Positions 1 through 9,115 are shown, counted from the first letter of the stretch. The stretch: 32,000 bases of DNA from Candidatus Saganbacteria bacterium (GCA_026387835.1 JAPLKZ010000010.1:331716-363715); one strand, 5' to 3'. Made by a program: numbers and translations. The notes: generated by a model from the sequence alone, not told the origin.

Positions 1-2
1 AT

Positions 3-344
3 ATCCCGGAAGTGGTCACAGTTGTCAAATGTCTTCTGCTGGGTAAACCCTATGTGGTCCCGACCTATTCCGTCTGCAACGAATGCAAAACAAACGAGAA
101 TGTCTGCAGGTATGAAAAGGACGAGGATTGTTTCGGTCCCGTGACAAGGGCCGGCTGCAACTCCTGGTGTATAAATAATGGGAACAAATGCTACGGCTGC
201 AGGGGGCTTGTGGACGATCCCGCCGCCAACGGACAAAAAGAGATCCTGAGCAAATACGGGCTTGATCTTAACGAGATCCTGAACAGGTTTACTTTATATA
301 ATGACAGCCTTGGAGTAAAATATGACAAAGAGTTCAAGCAGTAA
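3..344 (+). CDS. [NiFe] hydrogenase small subunit, group 3 type (sulfhydrogenase delta / NADH-ubiquinone oxidoreductase 20 kDa-like), 5' truncated by window edge
   Basis: Frame is open to the window start. C-terminal Cys-rich pattern YSVCNECK...C...CFGPVTRAGC...C...CYGCRGLVDDP typical of group 3 hydrogenase small subunits; overlaps the large subunit start. Confidence 0.85.
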   Translation: MPEVVTVVKCLLLGKPYVVPTYSVCNECKTNENVCRYEKDEDCFGPVTRAGCNSWCINNGNKCYGCRGLVDDPAANGQKEILSKYGLDLNEILNRFTLYNDSLGVKYDKEFKQ

Positions 345-1668
345 TTCAAAGAACGTAAATATTGATATCCACTACCTGACAAGGGTGGAAGGACACGGTA
401 ATATCGTCGTTGATGTAAAAAACGGCGTGCTGGAAAAATGCGAGTTCCAGGTCATAGAATCTCCGAGGTTCTTCGAATCTATGCTCGTTGGCAGATCGAT
501 ATGGGAAGCGCAGCATATTACGAGCAGGATCTGCGGCATCTGCGCCTGCGGTCACAGCCTTGCCAGCATTAAAGCGGCGGAAGCGGCGCTTGAAGTGACC
601 CCGTCAGACGATACGGCTTTGCTCCGAAAACTTTTATTGAACACGGAAATGCTCGACAGCCATATACTTCACATTTACATGCTTGTCGCGCCCGACCTTC
701 TCGGCGTAAAGAGCATTTTCCCTCTGGTCAAGACCCACAAGAGCATGATAGAGATGGCGCTTAAGATGAAAAGGATGAGCGATTTCGCCGGGGAAGTGCT
801 TGCCGGCCGTCATATCCACCCCATTAGCTATGTGATCGGAGGCCTGACCCAGGTCCCGGCAAAAGAAAACCTGCAAAAGCTTCTTTCTATGATGATAGAA
901 TGTCGGGGATACGGAGAAAAGACCGTCAAAACTTTTAAAAAATTGAGCTTCCCCTCTTTTGAGCATCCGACACAGTATCTTTCACTTACAAACGAAAGTG
1001 GTGAATATCCTATGTACGACGGTGACTTGGTAGTGTCCGGATCGCAAAGGACCGGCATAAAAGATTACAAAAGATTATTACACGAAAAACCTGTCGGTTA
1101 TTCAAGGGCAAAACTTTCTTTTATTAACGGACAACCTTATTCTGTGGGGGCCCTTTCGCGCCTTAATAATAATTTTAAAAAGCTTAATAAAAAGGCAAGG
1201 CTTGTCGCGGAAGAGCTGGGTTACAAAGTCCCGTGTCACAATCCGTATTTGAACACCGTTGCGCAGCTCATAGAATGGGTGCATTGTCTTGAAGATTCGA
1301 TCTCTATCCTCGAAAGGATCTTAAAGGAAGGAATAGATAGCGCTAAGGTCGTGGTGTCATCCTGGCCAAAAAAGGGAGAAAAGCGTTCGTACAGGCCAAA
1401 TTCGGGAACCGGATGTGTCGAGGTGCCGAGAGGTTCTCTGTTTCATGAATATACCATTGATGAGACCGGCCATATAACCGCGGCTAATTGCGTCATCCCT
1501 ACGAACCAGAACATTGCCAACCTTGAAGAAAACATGAGAAAGATCGTGCCTGAGATGCTGCCTGAAAAGTCCCAGGATGAGATCCGTCTCGGACTTGAGA
1601 TGCTCGCGCGTGCTTACGACCCCTGCATTTCCTGCGCCACGCACATGCTAGATGTCAAATTCATCTGA
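322..1668 (+). CDS. [NiFe] hydrogenase large subunit, group 3 type
   Basis: L1 motif RICGICACGH and L2 motif DPCISCATH followed by a short C-terminal extension (MLDVKFI) that would be removed on maturation; full-length 448 aa. Confidence 0.95.
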   Translation: MTKSSSSNSKNVNIDIHYLTRVEGHGNIVVDVKNGVLEKCEFQVIESPRFFESMLVGRSIWEAQHITSRICGICACGHSLASIKAAEAALEVTPSDDTALLRKLLLNTEMLDSHILHIYMLVAPDLLGVKSIFPLVKTHKSMIEMALKMKRMSDFAGEVLAGRHIHPISYVIGGLTQVPAKENLQKLLSMMIECRGYGEKTVKTFKKLSFPSFEHPTQYLSLTNESGEYPMYDGDLVVSGSQRTGIKDYKRLLHEKPVGYSRAKLSFINGQPYSVGALSRLNNNFKKLNKKARLVAEELGYKVPCHNPYLNTVAQLIEWVHCLEDSISILERILKEGIDSAKVVVSSWPKKGEKRSYRPNSGTGCVEVPRGSLFHEYTIDETGHITAANCVIPTNQNIANLEENMRKIVPEMLPEKSQDEIRLGLEMLARAYDPCISCATHMLDVKFI

Positions 1669-2128
1669 AAAACTGGCCATTATCGGCCTTGGCAACCCTT
1701 TAAGGAAAGACGACGGAGTCGGAATAATCGCACTTAATCGTTTGAAGTTATGCCTAAAAAGGCCTGATATCGACTATTTTGATTTCGGTACGGGGAGTTT
1801 TGATATCCTTTTCAAGATAAACGAATACAAGGCCATTCTTATAATCGATGCCGTAAATGCCGGCATGGAACCGGGGGACCATAAGATATTTCCTCTTGAG
1901 GCCGTTGAATCGGAGATCATCACGGACATGGGGTCTACGCACGGGTTCGGCCTCAAGCAGCTGAGGATGCTATGCTCTTCTTTCGGGTCTTCTGGCAAGG
2001 TTTTTGTCGCGGGCATCCAGATCGTTGATGTTTCCGAGGGGAACGGAACCTCGGACCTTGTCAACAAAAAACTTGACTCCGCTATAGATAATATTTCCCT
2101 CTATATCAACAAATACCTGTCATCCTAA
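1652..2128 (+). CDS. Hydrogenase maturation protease (HyaD/HycI family)
   Basis: N-terminal IIGLGNPLRKDDGVG and central IDAVNAGMEPG motifs; overlaps the 3' end of the large subunit gene. Confidence 0.92.
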   Translation: MSNSSEKLAIIGLGNPLRKDDGVGIIALNRLKLCLKRPDIDYFDFGTGSFDILFKINEYKAILIIDAVNAGMEPGDHKIFPLEAVESEIITDMGSTHGFGLKQLRMLCSSFGSSGKVFVAGIQIVDVSEGNGTSDLVNKKLDSAIDNISLYINKYLSS

Positions 2129-2139
2129 GCATTGGGATA

Positions 2140-2371
<232 letters not shown>

Positions 2372-2419
2372 GGCCTGATGTTGTTATCATGAATACTCGG
2401 TTATCATAATAACGTTTTT

Positions 2420-2450
2420 GGGCGCAATTTTGCGCCCTTTTGATTTTTTT
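2420..2450 (+). terminator. Intrinsic terminator-like hairpin plus T-tract (possible attenuator of nrdJ)
   Basis: GGGCGCAATTTTGCGCCC (2420-2437) followed by TTTTGATTTTTTT. Confidence 0.75.
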
Positions 2451-2463
2451 GGAGGTATTAATA

Positions 2464-4230
2464 ATGAAACTGTCTAAAAACGCCGAGATCATCATTGAAA
2501 AAAGATACCTTCAAAAGGACAAGAACGGAAAACCGGCCGAGACAGTCTCCCAGTTTTTTAAAAGGGTCGCAAAAACAATAGCCGCCGTCGATAAAAAATA
2601 TGACCCCGGATCAAAGGTCTCCGATATAGAGGCTGAATTCTATAAAGCGATGAGCGAAGGGGAATTCCTGCCTAACTCTCCCGCCCTTATGAACGCCGGC
2701 GCGGAAGCCGGGCAGCTTTTCGCCTGTTTTGTGCTTCCTGTCGAAGACCGCTTGAAAGATATATTTGAGACCCTCAAGAACACGGCCCTTATTCAACAAA
2801 GCGGCGGGGGAGTAGGGTTCAACTTCGGCCGCCTCAGGCCCAAAAGCTCGGCGGTAAAGTCGACACGAGGGGTATCTTCGGGCCCCGTTTCGTTCATGAA
2901 GGTTTTTGATGCCGCGACAGAAGTGATCGGACAAGGCGGCAGAAGACGCGGCGCGAATATGGGCATTTTACCGGTGGACCATCCCGACATAATGGAATTC
3001 ATTTCTTCCAAACAAAAAGAAAAAGCCCTTTCAAATTTTAATCTTTCTGTTGCTGTGACCGATAAGTTCATGGAAGCCGCAAAAAAAGGCGCTAAATACA
3101 ATCTAATTGATCCCAGGACAAAAAAATCCGCCGGGAACCTTAATGCGGGAGACGTCTTTTCCGAGATCGCCCGCTGGGCCTGGGAATGTGGAGATCCCGG
3201 AATTGTCTTTATCGATGCCATCAATAAAAACAACCCCGTCAAAAAGATGGGGGCCATAGAAGCGACAAACCCATGCGGGGAGCAACCATTATTGCCGTAT
3301 GAATCCTGCTGTCTCGGCTCCGTCAACCTTTCAAAGGTCGTAAAAAACGGGGGGCCCGATCTTAAGCATCTTAAAGAGCTTGTCCGGTTAGGGGTTCACT
3401 TCCTTGATAACTTGATAGATGCAAACAAGTTCCCTATTGCCGAGATCGAAAAGGCGACCCTGGCCAACAGAAAGATCGGGCTCGGGGTAATGGGATTTGC
3501 TGATATGCTCATCAAGCTGGGCATCCCTTACGACAGCCCAAAAGCTGTGGCTCTCGCTGAAAAGCTTATGAAATTTATCAGGGAAGAAGCGCAAAAGATG
3601 TCCCAGGAGCTCGCGGCGACAAGGGGTTCGTTCCCTAATTTCAAAGACAGCGCTTATAAATCAAAGGTCAAGGCTATGCGCAATGCCACCGTTACCACGA
3701 TCGCTCCGACCGGAACTATCAGCATAATCGCCGGCTGTTCTTCCGGGATCGAACCAATCTTTGCGGTGGCTTATGTCAGGCTGCTCGCTGACGGTCAGGA
3801 GATCGTCGAGTGCTGCCCTCTTTTTGAAGAGATGATGAAAAAGCGCAAACTTTACAATCACGAATTCTGCAAAAGGGTCCTTTCCGAAGGCGGAATAAAC
3901 GAGATGTCCAGCATACCCGAAGATATAAAAAAACTATTTCTCCCGGCAGTCGGGATCTCATATGAATGGCACGTGGCCATAGCGGCAGCATTTCAAAAAT
4001 ATACCGACAATGCCGTTTCAAAGACCGTCAATCTTCCTTCGTCCGCATCAAAAGAGGATGTTAAAAATGTGTTTCTCTCCGCATACAAGAACAAATGTAA
4101 GGGCATTACCGTGTTCCGGCAGGGATGCAAAAAAGAGCAGGTCCTTTCCATCAAACCCGAAGATACGGGGCGCATTGCGGTTGAAAGCGAATTCGCCGGA
4201 GGGTGCCCCGTGAGTTACTGCGTAGATTGA
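2464..4230 (+). CDS. nrdJ: Adenosylcobalamin-dependent (class II) ribonucleoside-diphosphate reductase, short form
   Basis: FLPNSPALMNAG, ACFVLPV, SGGGVGFNF, GANMGIL, NPCGEQPLLPYESC, NRKIGLGVMGFADML, TTIAPTGTISIIAGCSSGIEP, NKCKGITVFR motifs; SD ggagg at 2451; ends in CPVSYCVD and lacks a TSCPD domain. Confidence 0.93.
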   Translation: MKLSKNAEIIIEKRYLQKDKNGKPAETVSQFFKRVAKTIAAVDKKYDPGSKVSDIEAEFYKAMSEGEFLPNSPALMNAGAEAGQLFACFVLPVEDRLKDIFETLKNTALIQQSGGGVGFNFGRLRPKSSAVKSTRGVSSGPVSFMKVFDAATEVIGQGGRRRGANMGILPVDHPDIMEFISSKQKEKALSNFNLSVAVTDKFMEAAKKGAKYNLIDPRTKKSAGNLNAGDVFSEIARWAWECGDPGIVFIDAINKNNPVKKMGAIEATNPCGEQPLLPYESCCLGSVNLSKVVKNGGPDLKHLKELVRLGVHFLDNLIDANKFPIAEIEKATLANRKIGLGVMGFADMLIKLGIPYDSPKAVALAEKLMKFIREEAQKMSQELAATRGSFPNFKDSAYKSKVKAMRNATVTTIAPTGTISIIAGCSSGIEPIFAVAYVRLLADGQEIVECCPLFEEMMKKRKLYNHEFCKRVLSEGGINEMSSIPEDIKKLFLPAVGISYEWHVAIAAAFQKYTDNAVSKTVNLPSSASKEDVKNVFLSAYKNKCKGITVFRQGCKKEQVLSIKPEDTGRIAVESEFAGGCPVSYCVD

Positions 4231-4239
4231 AATATCCCC

Positions 4240-4270
4240 TTGACAGCCCATATATGTAGCGTGATATACT
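4240..4270 (+). promoter_or_regulatory. Putative promoter region for nrdR
   Basis: TTGACA at 4240-4245 with TGATAT (4262-4267, 16 nt spacer) or TATACT (4265-4270, 19 nt spacer). Confidence 0.45.
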
Positions 4271-4320
4271 CATAGTCCCCACTAAATAGGGTGGTTTTCC
4301 ATGAAAAGGTAAAAAGGGCT

Positions 4321-4767
4321 ATGAAGTGTCCCGCGTGCGGAAAAGACGATGATAAAGTGCTTGAGTCCCGCTCTATAGACGACGGCTCTGCCGTCAGGAG
4401 AAGGAGAGAATGCATCGACTGCAAAGCGCGTTTTACTTCTTATGAAAGAGTGGAAGAAAAGCCTCTCGTAGTAATAAAAAAGGATAATACCCGTCAGCCC
4501 TACAGCAGAGAAAAACTTGTGGGCGGCATCAGGAAGTCCTGCGAAAAAAGGCCGGTCTCTTCGGATGATATAGAACAGATCGCCGACGATGTCGAAAAGT
4601 TTTTGTACTCCGAGTACGGCAGGGAGGTCCCGACGTCCCAGATCGGCGAGATCGTGATGGACAAGCTTCAGAATATCGACCAGGTCGCCTATGTGCGGTT
4701 CGCATCCGTATACCGGCAGTTCGAAAAAGTCACGGACTTTGTTAAAGAGATAAAAAGCCTGAATTAA
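4321..4767 (+). CDS. nrdR: Transcriptional repressor NrdR
   Basis: MKCPACGKDDDKVLESRSIDDGSAVRRRRECIDCKARFTSYERVE zinc ribbon and ATP-cone domain; ATG at 4321 gives the canonical N-terminus. Confidence 0.96.
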   Translation: MKCPACGKDDDKVLESRSIDDGSAVRRRRECIDCKARFTSYERVEEKPLVVIKKDNTRQPYSREKLVGGIRKSCEKRPVSSDDIEQIADDVEKFLYSEYGREVPTSQIGEIVMDKLQNIDQVAYVRFASVYRQFEKVTDFVKEIKSLN

Positions 4768-4795
4768 CGGCCAATCAACAGAAGGGGGAATTACC

Positions 4796-7108
4796 ATGTC
4801 CAGCGAAGAATTGAACTTGTCCGAAAACGCGATAAAGGTCCTTGAAAAAAGATATTTAAAGCGCGACGAGAAAGGGAATGTGACGGAAAATCCGGAGGAT
4901 CTTTTCCGCAGGGTATCAAAAAATATCGCCTCTGCGGAAGTGAGGTTCTCGTCGACAATAGAGGCGAAGCAGGTGGAGGACGAATTTTTCCGGATGATCT
5001 CCTCACTGGAATTTCTTCCGAATTCCCCTACTCTCATGAACGCCGGGAGGGCCTTGCAGCAATTATCCGCGTGTTTCGTGCTGCCTGTCGATGATTCTTT
5101 GGAAAATATCTTCGAGACGGTAAAAGAGACCGCGATGATCCACAAGAGCGGCGGCGGGACCGGGTTTTCTTTTTCTCATTTGAGGCCAAAGGACGACATC
5201 GTCCTGACGACCAAAGGGGTTTCTTCGGGACCTGTATCTTTTATGACCGTATTTGACGCCGCGACCGAAGCGGTAAAACAGGGCGGCACCCGCCGCGGCG
5301 CCAATATGGGCATACTTCGCGTGGACCATCCGGATATCCTTGATTTTATTACCTGCAAAAGAGATAACAATAAAATAAACAATTTTAATATTTCGGTAGC
5401 TGTCACTGACGAGTTCATGGAAGCGGTGGAAGAAGGCAGGATGTACGATCTTGTTAACCCGCGGACAAAAGAAAAAATGCGCAGCCTTAACGCCAAAGAG
5501 GTTTTTGACCTTATTACCGAGATGGCATGGAAGAACGGCGATCCGGGGATCATCTTTATCGACAGGATGAATGCTTTTAATCCCACTCCTCTTATAGGGG
5601 AGATCGAGGCTACAAATCCCTGCGGGGAGCAGCCTCTGCTCCCTTACGAATCCTGCAATCTCGGCTCGATCAATCTTGCAAAGATGGTAAAGAAGTCTTC
5701 GGGCGCGCAGCATGAAATAAACTGGGAAAAGCTGAAAAAGACCGTTCATTTGTCGGTAAGATTCCTTGACGATGTGATTGAGATGAACAAATACCCGCTT
5801 AAAAAGATCGAGGATATGACAAAAGCCAACCGCAAGATCGGCCTCGGGATAATGGGATTTGCCGATATGCTGATCATGCTCGGCATTCCTTACAACACGA
5901 AGAAGGCTATGTCGACAGCCGAAAAAGTGATGCGGTTCGTCCAGGAAGAAAGCAAGAAGGCGTCGGAAAAACTTGCATTTGAAAGGGGTGAGTTCGCGAA
6001 TTTCAAGGGCAGCATATATGATGTCCAGAACGGGCCAAAGATAAGGAACGCAACGACCACGACCCTTGCTCCGACAGGGACCATCAGCATAATCGCTGCC
6101 TGTTCTTCCGGAATAGAGCCCCTGTTCGCCATCTCATATATAAGACGGGTGATGGACAACGCTGAGATGGTGGAAGTGCATCCGTTATTCAAAAAGATAG
6201 CAATGGAAGCGGGCTTTTACAGCGACGAACTTATGAAAAAGATCGCGGAACACGGCAGCGTGCAGGGGATAGAAGAAGTTCCCGAAGATATCAGGAGGGT
6301 ATTCGTTACGGCTCACGATATAAACGCCGACTGGCATATAAGGATGCAGTCCGTTTTCCAGAAATACACGGACAATGCCGTTTCAAAGACCGTCAACTTC
6401 GCGAATAACGCGACAAAAGACGACATCAAAAACTCGTATCTTTTCGCATACAAAGAAGGCTGCAAGGGCATAACCATATACCGAGATAAAAGCAGGGAGA
6501 CGCAGGTCCTGAACATCGAAAGTAGAAAAGAAGAGAACAGGAAGCCTCACGGAATAGTCCCGAGGGAAAGGCCGAGCCAGACGCTCGGCAAGACGATCCG
6601 CATCGGGACCGGCTGCGGCAATCTTTACGTGACCGTAAACGAGGACCAGTCGGGGTTGTGCGAGGTATTTGCAAAGATGGGGAAATCAGGGGGATGCGCG
6701 GCATCGCAGTCGGAGGCGATCAGCCGTTTGATATCCTTGTGCCTAAGGTGCGGGATAGATAAGGAAGCTATCTTAAAACAGGTGAAAGGCATCAGATGTC
6801 CTTCTCCTTTATGGGTGAACGGCGGAATGATCCTTTCCTGCCCCGATGCTATCGCGAAGACGATCGAGCAGTACATCGGCAACGGGAACGGCCACGGCCA
6901 CGTCGATGATATGCCGGATATCGATCCGGTTATCGCCGCAGCAGCCACCGCAAAAGCAAAAGAACCCGTTCCCGTGACCGTTTCTTTCATGGAAGAAAGA
7001 GATATCAAGACCGACATGTGCCCGGAGTGCCCCGAGTGCGGCAGTATGGTCGATTTTACGGAAGGATGTATCGTCTGCAGGTCGTGCGGATACTCTAAAT
7101 GCTGGTAG
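4796..7108 (+). CDS. nrdJ: Adenosylcobalamin-dependent (class II) ribonucleoside-diphosphate reductase, long form with TSCPD domain and C-terminal zinc ribbon
   Basis: Same RNR motifs as the first copy, plus IRIGTGCGNLYVTVNED...GGCAASQSEAISRLISLCLRCG (TSCPD) and CPECPECGSMVDFTEGCIVCRSCGYSKC tail. Confidence 0.95.
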   Translation: MSSEELNLSENAIKVLEKRYLKRDEKGNVTENPEDLFRRVSKNIASAEVRFSSTIEAKQVEDEFFRMISSLEFLPNSPTLMNAGRALQQLSACFVLPVDDSLENIFETVKETAMIHKSGGGTGFSFSHLRPKDDIVLTTKGVSSGPVSFMTVFDAATEAVKQGGTRRGANMGILRVDHPDILDFITCKRDNNKINNFNISVAVTDEFMEAVEEGRMYDLVNPRTKEKMRSLNAKEVFDLITEMAWKNGDPGIIFIDRMNAFNPTPLIGEIEATNPCGEQPLLPYESCNLGSINLAKMVKKSSGAQHEINWEKLKKTVHLSVRFLDDVIEMNKYPLKKIEDMTKANRKIGLGIMGFADMLIMLGIPYNTKKAMSTAEKVMRFVQEESKKASEKLAFERGEFANFKGSIYDVQNGPKIRNATTTTLAPTGTISIIAACSSGIEPLFAISYIRRVMDNAEMVEVHPLFKKIAMEAGFYSDELMKKIAEHGSVQGIEEVPEDIRRVFVTAHDINADWHIRMQSVFQKYTDNAVSKTVNFANNATKDDIKNSYLFAYKEGCKGITIYRDKSRETQVLNIESRKEENRKPHGIVPRERPSQTLGKTIRIGTGCGNLYVTVNEDQSGLCEVFAKMGKSGGCAASQSEAISRLISLCLRCGIDKEAILKQVKGIRCPSPLWVNGGMILSCPDAIAKTIEQYIGNGNGHGHVDDMPDIDPVIAAAATAKAKEPVPVTVSFMEERDIKTDMCPECPECGSMVDFTEGCIVCRSCGYSKCW

Positions 7109-7623
7109 CTTTCATCGGTGACGGAGAAGGCAAGACATCCGCGGCAATAGGCCATGCTATTCGCGCAGCCGGCCACGGCAAAAAAGTTGCCGTTATTCAG
7201 TTCCTTAAAGGCCGGACAAATACGGGTGAATATAAATATTTTTCTAAGTGTCCTTCGATAGAACTTTACCTCGCCGGCGAATCGTCTTTTGTCCTTGATA
7301 AAACTCCGAAGGAAACCCACACAAAAAAAGCAAAAGAAGGGATTGCTCTTGCAAAAAAGCTTGCCGGCTCACAGAAATATTTCCTTCTTATCCTTGACGA
7401 GATACTGGACGCGCAGGCCGCGGGATTGATATCGACAAAGGATATTGGGGAGATCATTGATTTGGTGCGGGTCCCGATCGGATCGGTGACTCTTCATGCA
7501 ATTTTAACCGGCCGCGTCCTGCCGCCGGAGCTGTCAAAGAAGATCGATCTTATCACCCAGATGAAGAAGATAAAACACTATTATGATCTTGGGGATAAGG
7601 GGATAGAGGGGTTGGATTGGTGA
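7099..7623 (+). CDS. cobO: Cob(I)yrinic acid a,c-diamide / cob(I)alamin adenosyltransferase (CobA/CobO/BtuR type)
   Basis: P-loop GDGEGKTSAAIGHAIRAAGHGKKVAVIQFLKG, LDEILDAQAAG, LTGRVLPPEL; start codon overlaps the 3' end of nrdJ. Confidence 0.9.
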   Translation: MLVAFIGDGEGKTSAAIGHAIRAAGHGKKVAVIQFLKGRTNTGEYKYFSKCPSIELYLAGESSFVLDKTPKETHTKKAKEGIALAKKLAGSQKYFLLILDEILDAQAAGLISTKDIGEIIDLVRVPIGSVTLHAILTGRVLPPELSKKIDLITQMKKIKHYYDLGDKGIEGLDW

Positions 7624-7678
7624 TTTTATCCCGTTTTCGCTTCGAGCTTTTTCTCCTATTTCTTAAGACTGTTCGGTT

Positions 7679-8464
7679 TTAGGCCTTTCCCTTTCCAGAA
7701 ACTGCCGAAAGATCTTCGATAAGGCGAACTGTACATTTGCGGCTGAGCTGCTTTTCCATATGCAAGTCATCTCGGCAATTTCGGAAGCCGCGAAAAACAC
7801 AAAAATCTCCTCCCCTAGAGGATTCTGTCCACTCCTTTCTGTTGCCTGTTAAATCATCTCTTGCCACTGCGTTTGTCTCTAGCGAATCGTCGATTTTTAA
7901 TGTGGCATTTTCCCATTCTTCCTCATACGGGATTCTAAGGTTTCTCCCGGTAATACCGCTCAACCACTTTGCATATGCCCGGCCATCCTCCAGGTTTAAA
8001 AATACCGCGCTCCTTTGTTGCGATGAACCTGCGAGAGCTTTTATGAGGAGATCCGCACCATCACCTGTGATTGGATATGACGTGCTTTTTACAAATCGAC
8101 CGAATTGACCGGCCGTAAGTTCCCCCACCATAATATTAAAACCCTGAGGATAGGCTCCTATGAAGTTTGGGACCCCCTTATATGATGCCCCTAGTTTCTT
8201 GTCAACAACTATCTTCATTTCTGTTCTTGCATAATATTTTTCTTTGTCGTTCATTGCTTCATATATTGCATCTTTCTCCCTCATCAAAGATAAAACTTCT
8301 TCTCTTTGTGGATATATTTGTGAATATATTGTCCCCTTATCAACAAATATGCTTATTTGTCTTGCTCCTCTTAATGTTCTTAATGCCTCTCTCATTTGGA
8401 CCCTTGTTATTTTTGTTCCGTCTGAATTTCTCCATTTTTCACCAATATTAATTTTGATAATCAT
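7679..8464 (-). CDS. SUMF1/formylglycine-generating-enzyme-fold domain protein
   Basis: Central VGELTAGQFGRFV and C-terminal DGRAYAKWLSGITGRNLRIPYEEEWENA...DLTGNRKEWTE...VFRG pattern typical of the SUMF1/FGE (C-type-lectin-like) domain. Confidence 0.75.
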   Translation of the reverse strand: MIIKINIGEKWRNSDGTKITRVQMREALRTLRGARQISIFVDKGTIYSQIYPQREEVLSLMREKDAIYEAMNDKEKYYARTEMKIVVDKKLGASYKGVPNFIGAYPQGFNIMVGELTAGQFGRFVKSTSYPITGDGADLLIKALAGSSQQRSAVFLNLEDGRAYAKWLSGITGRNLRIPYEEEWENATLKIDDSLETNAVARDDLTGNRKEWTESSRGGDFCVFRGFRNCRDDLHMEKQLSRKCTVRLIEDLSAVSGKGKA

Positions 8465-8620
8465 GTTACATCCTTTTTTGCTTTGGTATTACCATCTGAT
8501 AATATATCGAACGGCTTTTCAAGATATTTCAATGGTTTTGGGTGGGTAAGAATATTTTAGGTTATTTCGATCGATCGCCGTTCCGGGCGACGACAGATGA
8601 TTATTATCGTGGAGCCGATA

Positions 8621-9115
8621 CTAAATATTGTTGTTTTTGTCTGCGCGCGAATGCAATCGCGAGATCGTTTCCTGTAGCGTTCCCATCGGGCATATCACGC
8701 ACCAGCTTCTCGGTTTATAGATCGCTCCGACAATAGTCCCTAATACAGTTGTTAATATACACATTGATATAAAAGCCGCTCCTATGGTGATCCAGTTCCC
8801 TCCCGTTCTAATGATAATTGATATCAAATACCCAATTAATAGAACAAATACCGACCATCTGAACCATTTCTTTGAGAATATTCCGGGCAAATTATTCTTC
8901 CGGCTGAAGAACGGGACAACAATTTCCAGAAAAGATCCGCGCGGGCATAAGAACCAGCACCAGTATCTTTTTTTGAAGAATGAAAGAGCTGAAAAGAATA
9001 TTATCATGCCAAGGACCAGATAGCCGATCACGGGCCATATAAGGCCGCCGATCAAGATGATAGGTAAAAGCCATATCATTATTAATTGCGATGTTTTATA
9101 TTTAGCGGTAACCAT
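8621..9115 (-). CDS. NapH/MauN-like 4Fe-4S membrane protein (Fer4_5 type)
   Basis: Hydrophobic segments with YWCWFLCPRGSFLE and PRSWCVICPMGTLQE cysteine motifs; starts immediately after the thiF-like stop. Confidence 0.75.
   Translation of the reverse strand: MVTAKYKTSQLIMIWLLPIILIGGLIWPVIGYLVLGMIIFFSALSFFKKRYWCWFLCPRGSFLEIVVPFFSRKNNLPGIFSKKWFRWSVFVLLIGYLISIIIRTGGNWITIGAAFISMCILTTVLGTIVGAIYKPRSWCVICPMGTLQETISRLHSRADKNNNI

Noticed and set aside
1633-1668. Possible selenocysteine (in-frame TGA) in the hydrogenase L2 motif
   Set aside because: L2 reads DPCISCATH with normal Cys codons; the TGA follows the expected C-terminal extension.
2793-3326. 177-aa antisense ORF across nrdJ, and similar long antisense ORFs at 4282-5145, 5063-5749, 6625-7320, 12009-12629, 17534-18034, 23870-24409, 24497-25267, 26792-27301 and 27472-28272
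   Set aside because: All lie opposite strongly conserved coding genes, show no recognisable domain, and are explained by codon-biased mirror open frames.
4201-4320. Cobalamin riboswitch upstream of the RNR/cobO genes
   Set aside because: The gap is too short and no B12-box-like sequence was seen; the 2372-2463 gap is also too short.
2464-7108. Recent tandem duplication of nrdJ
   Set aside because: The copies are clearly diverged in sequence and domain content and are separated by nrdR, so this is an old paralogy rather than a recent duplication.
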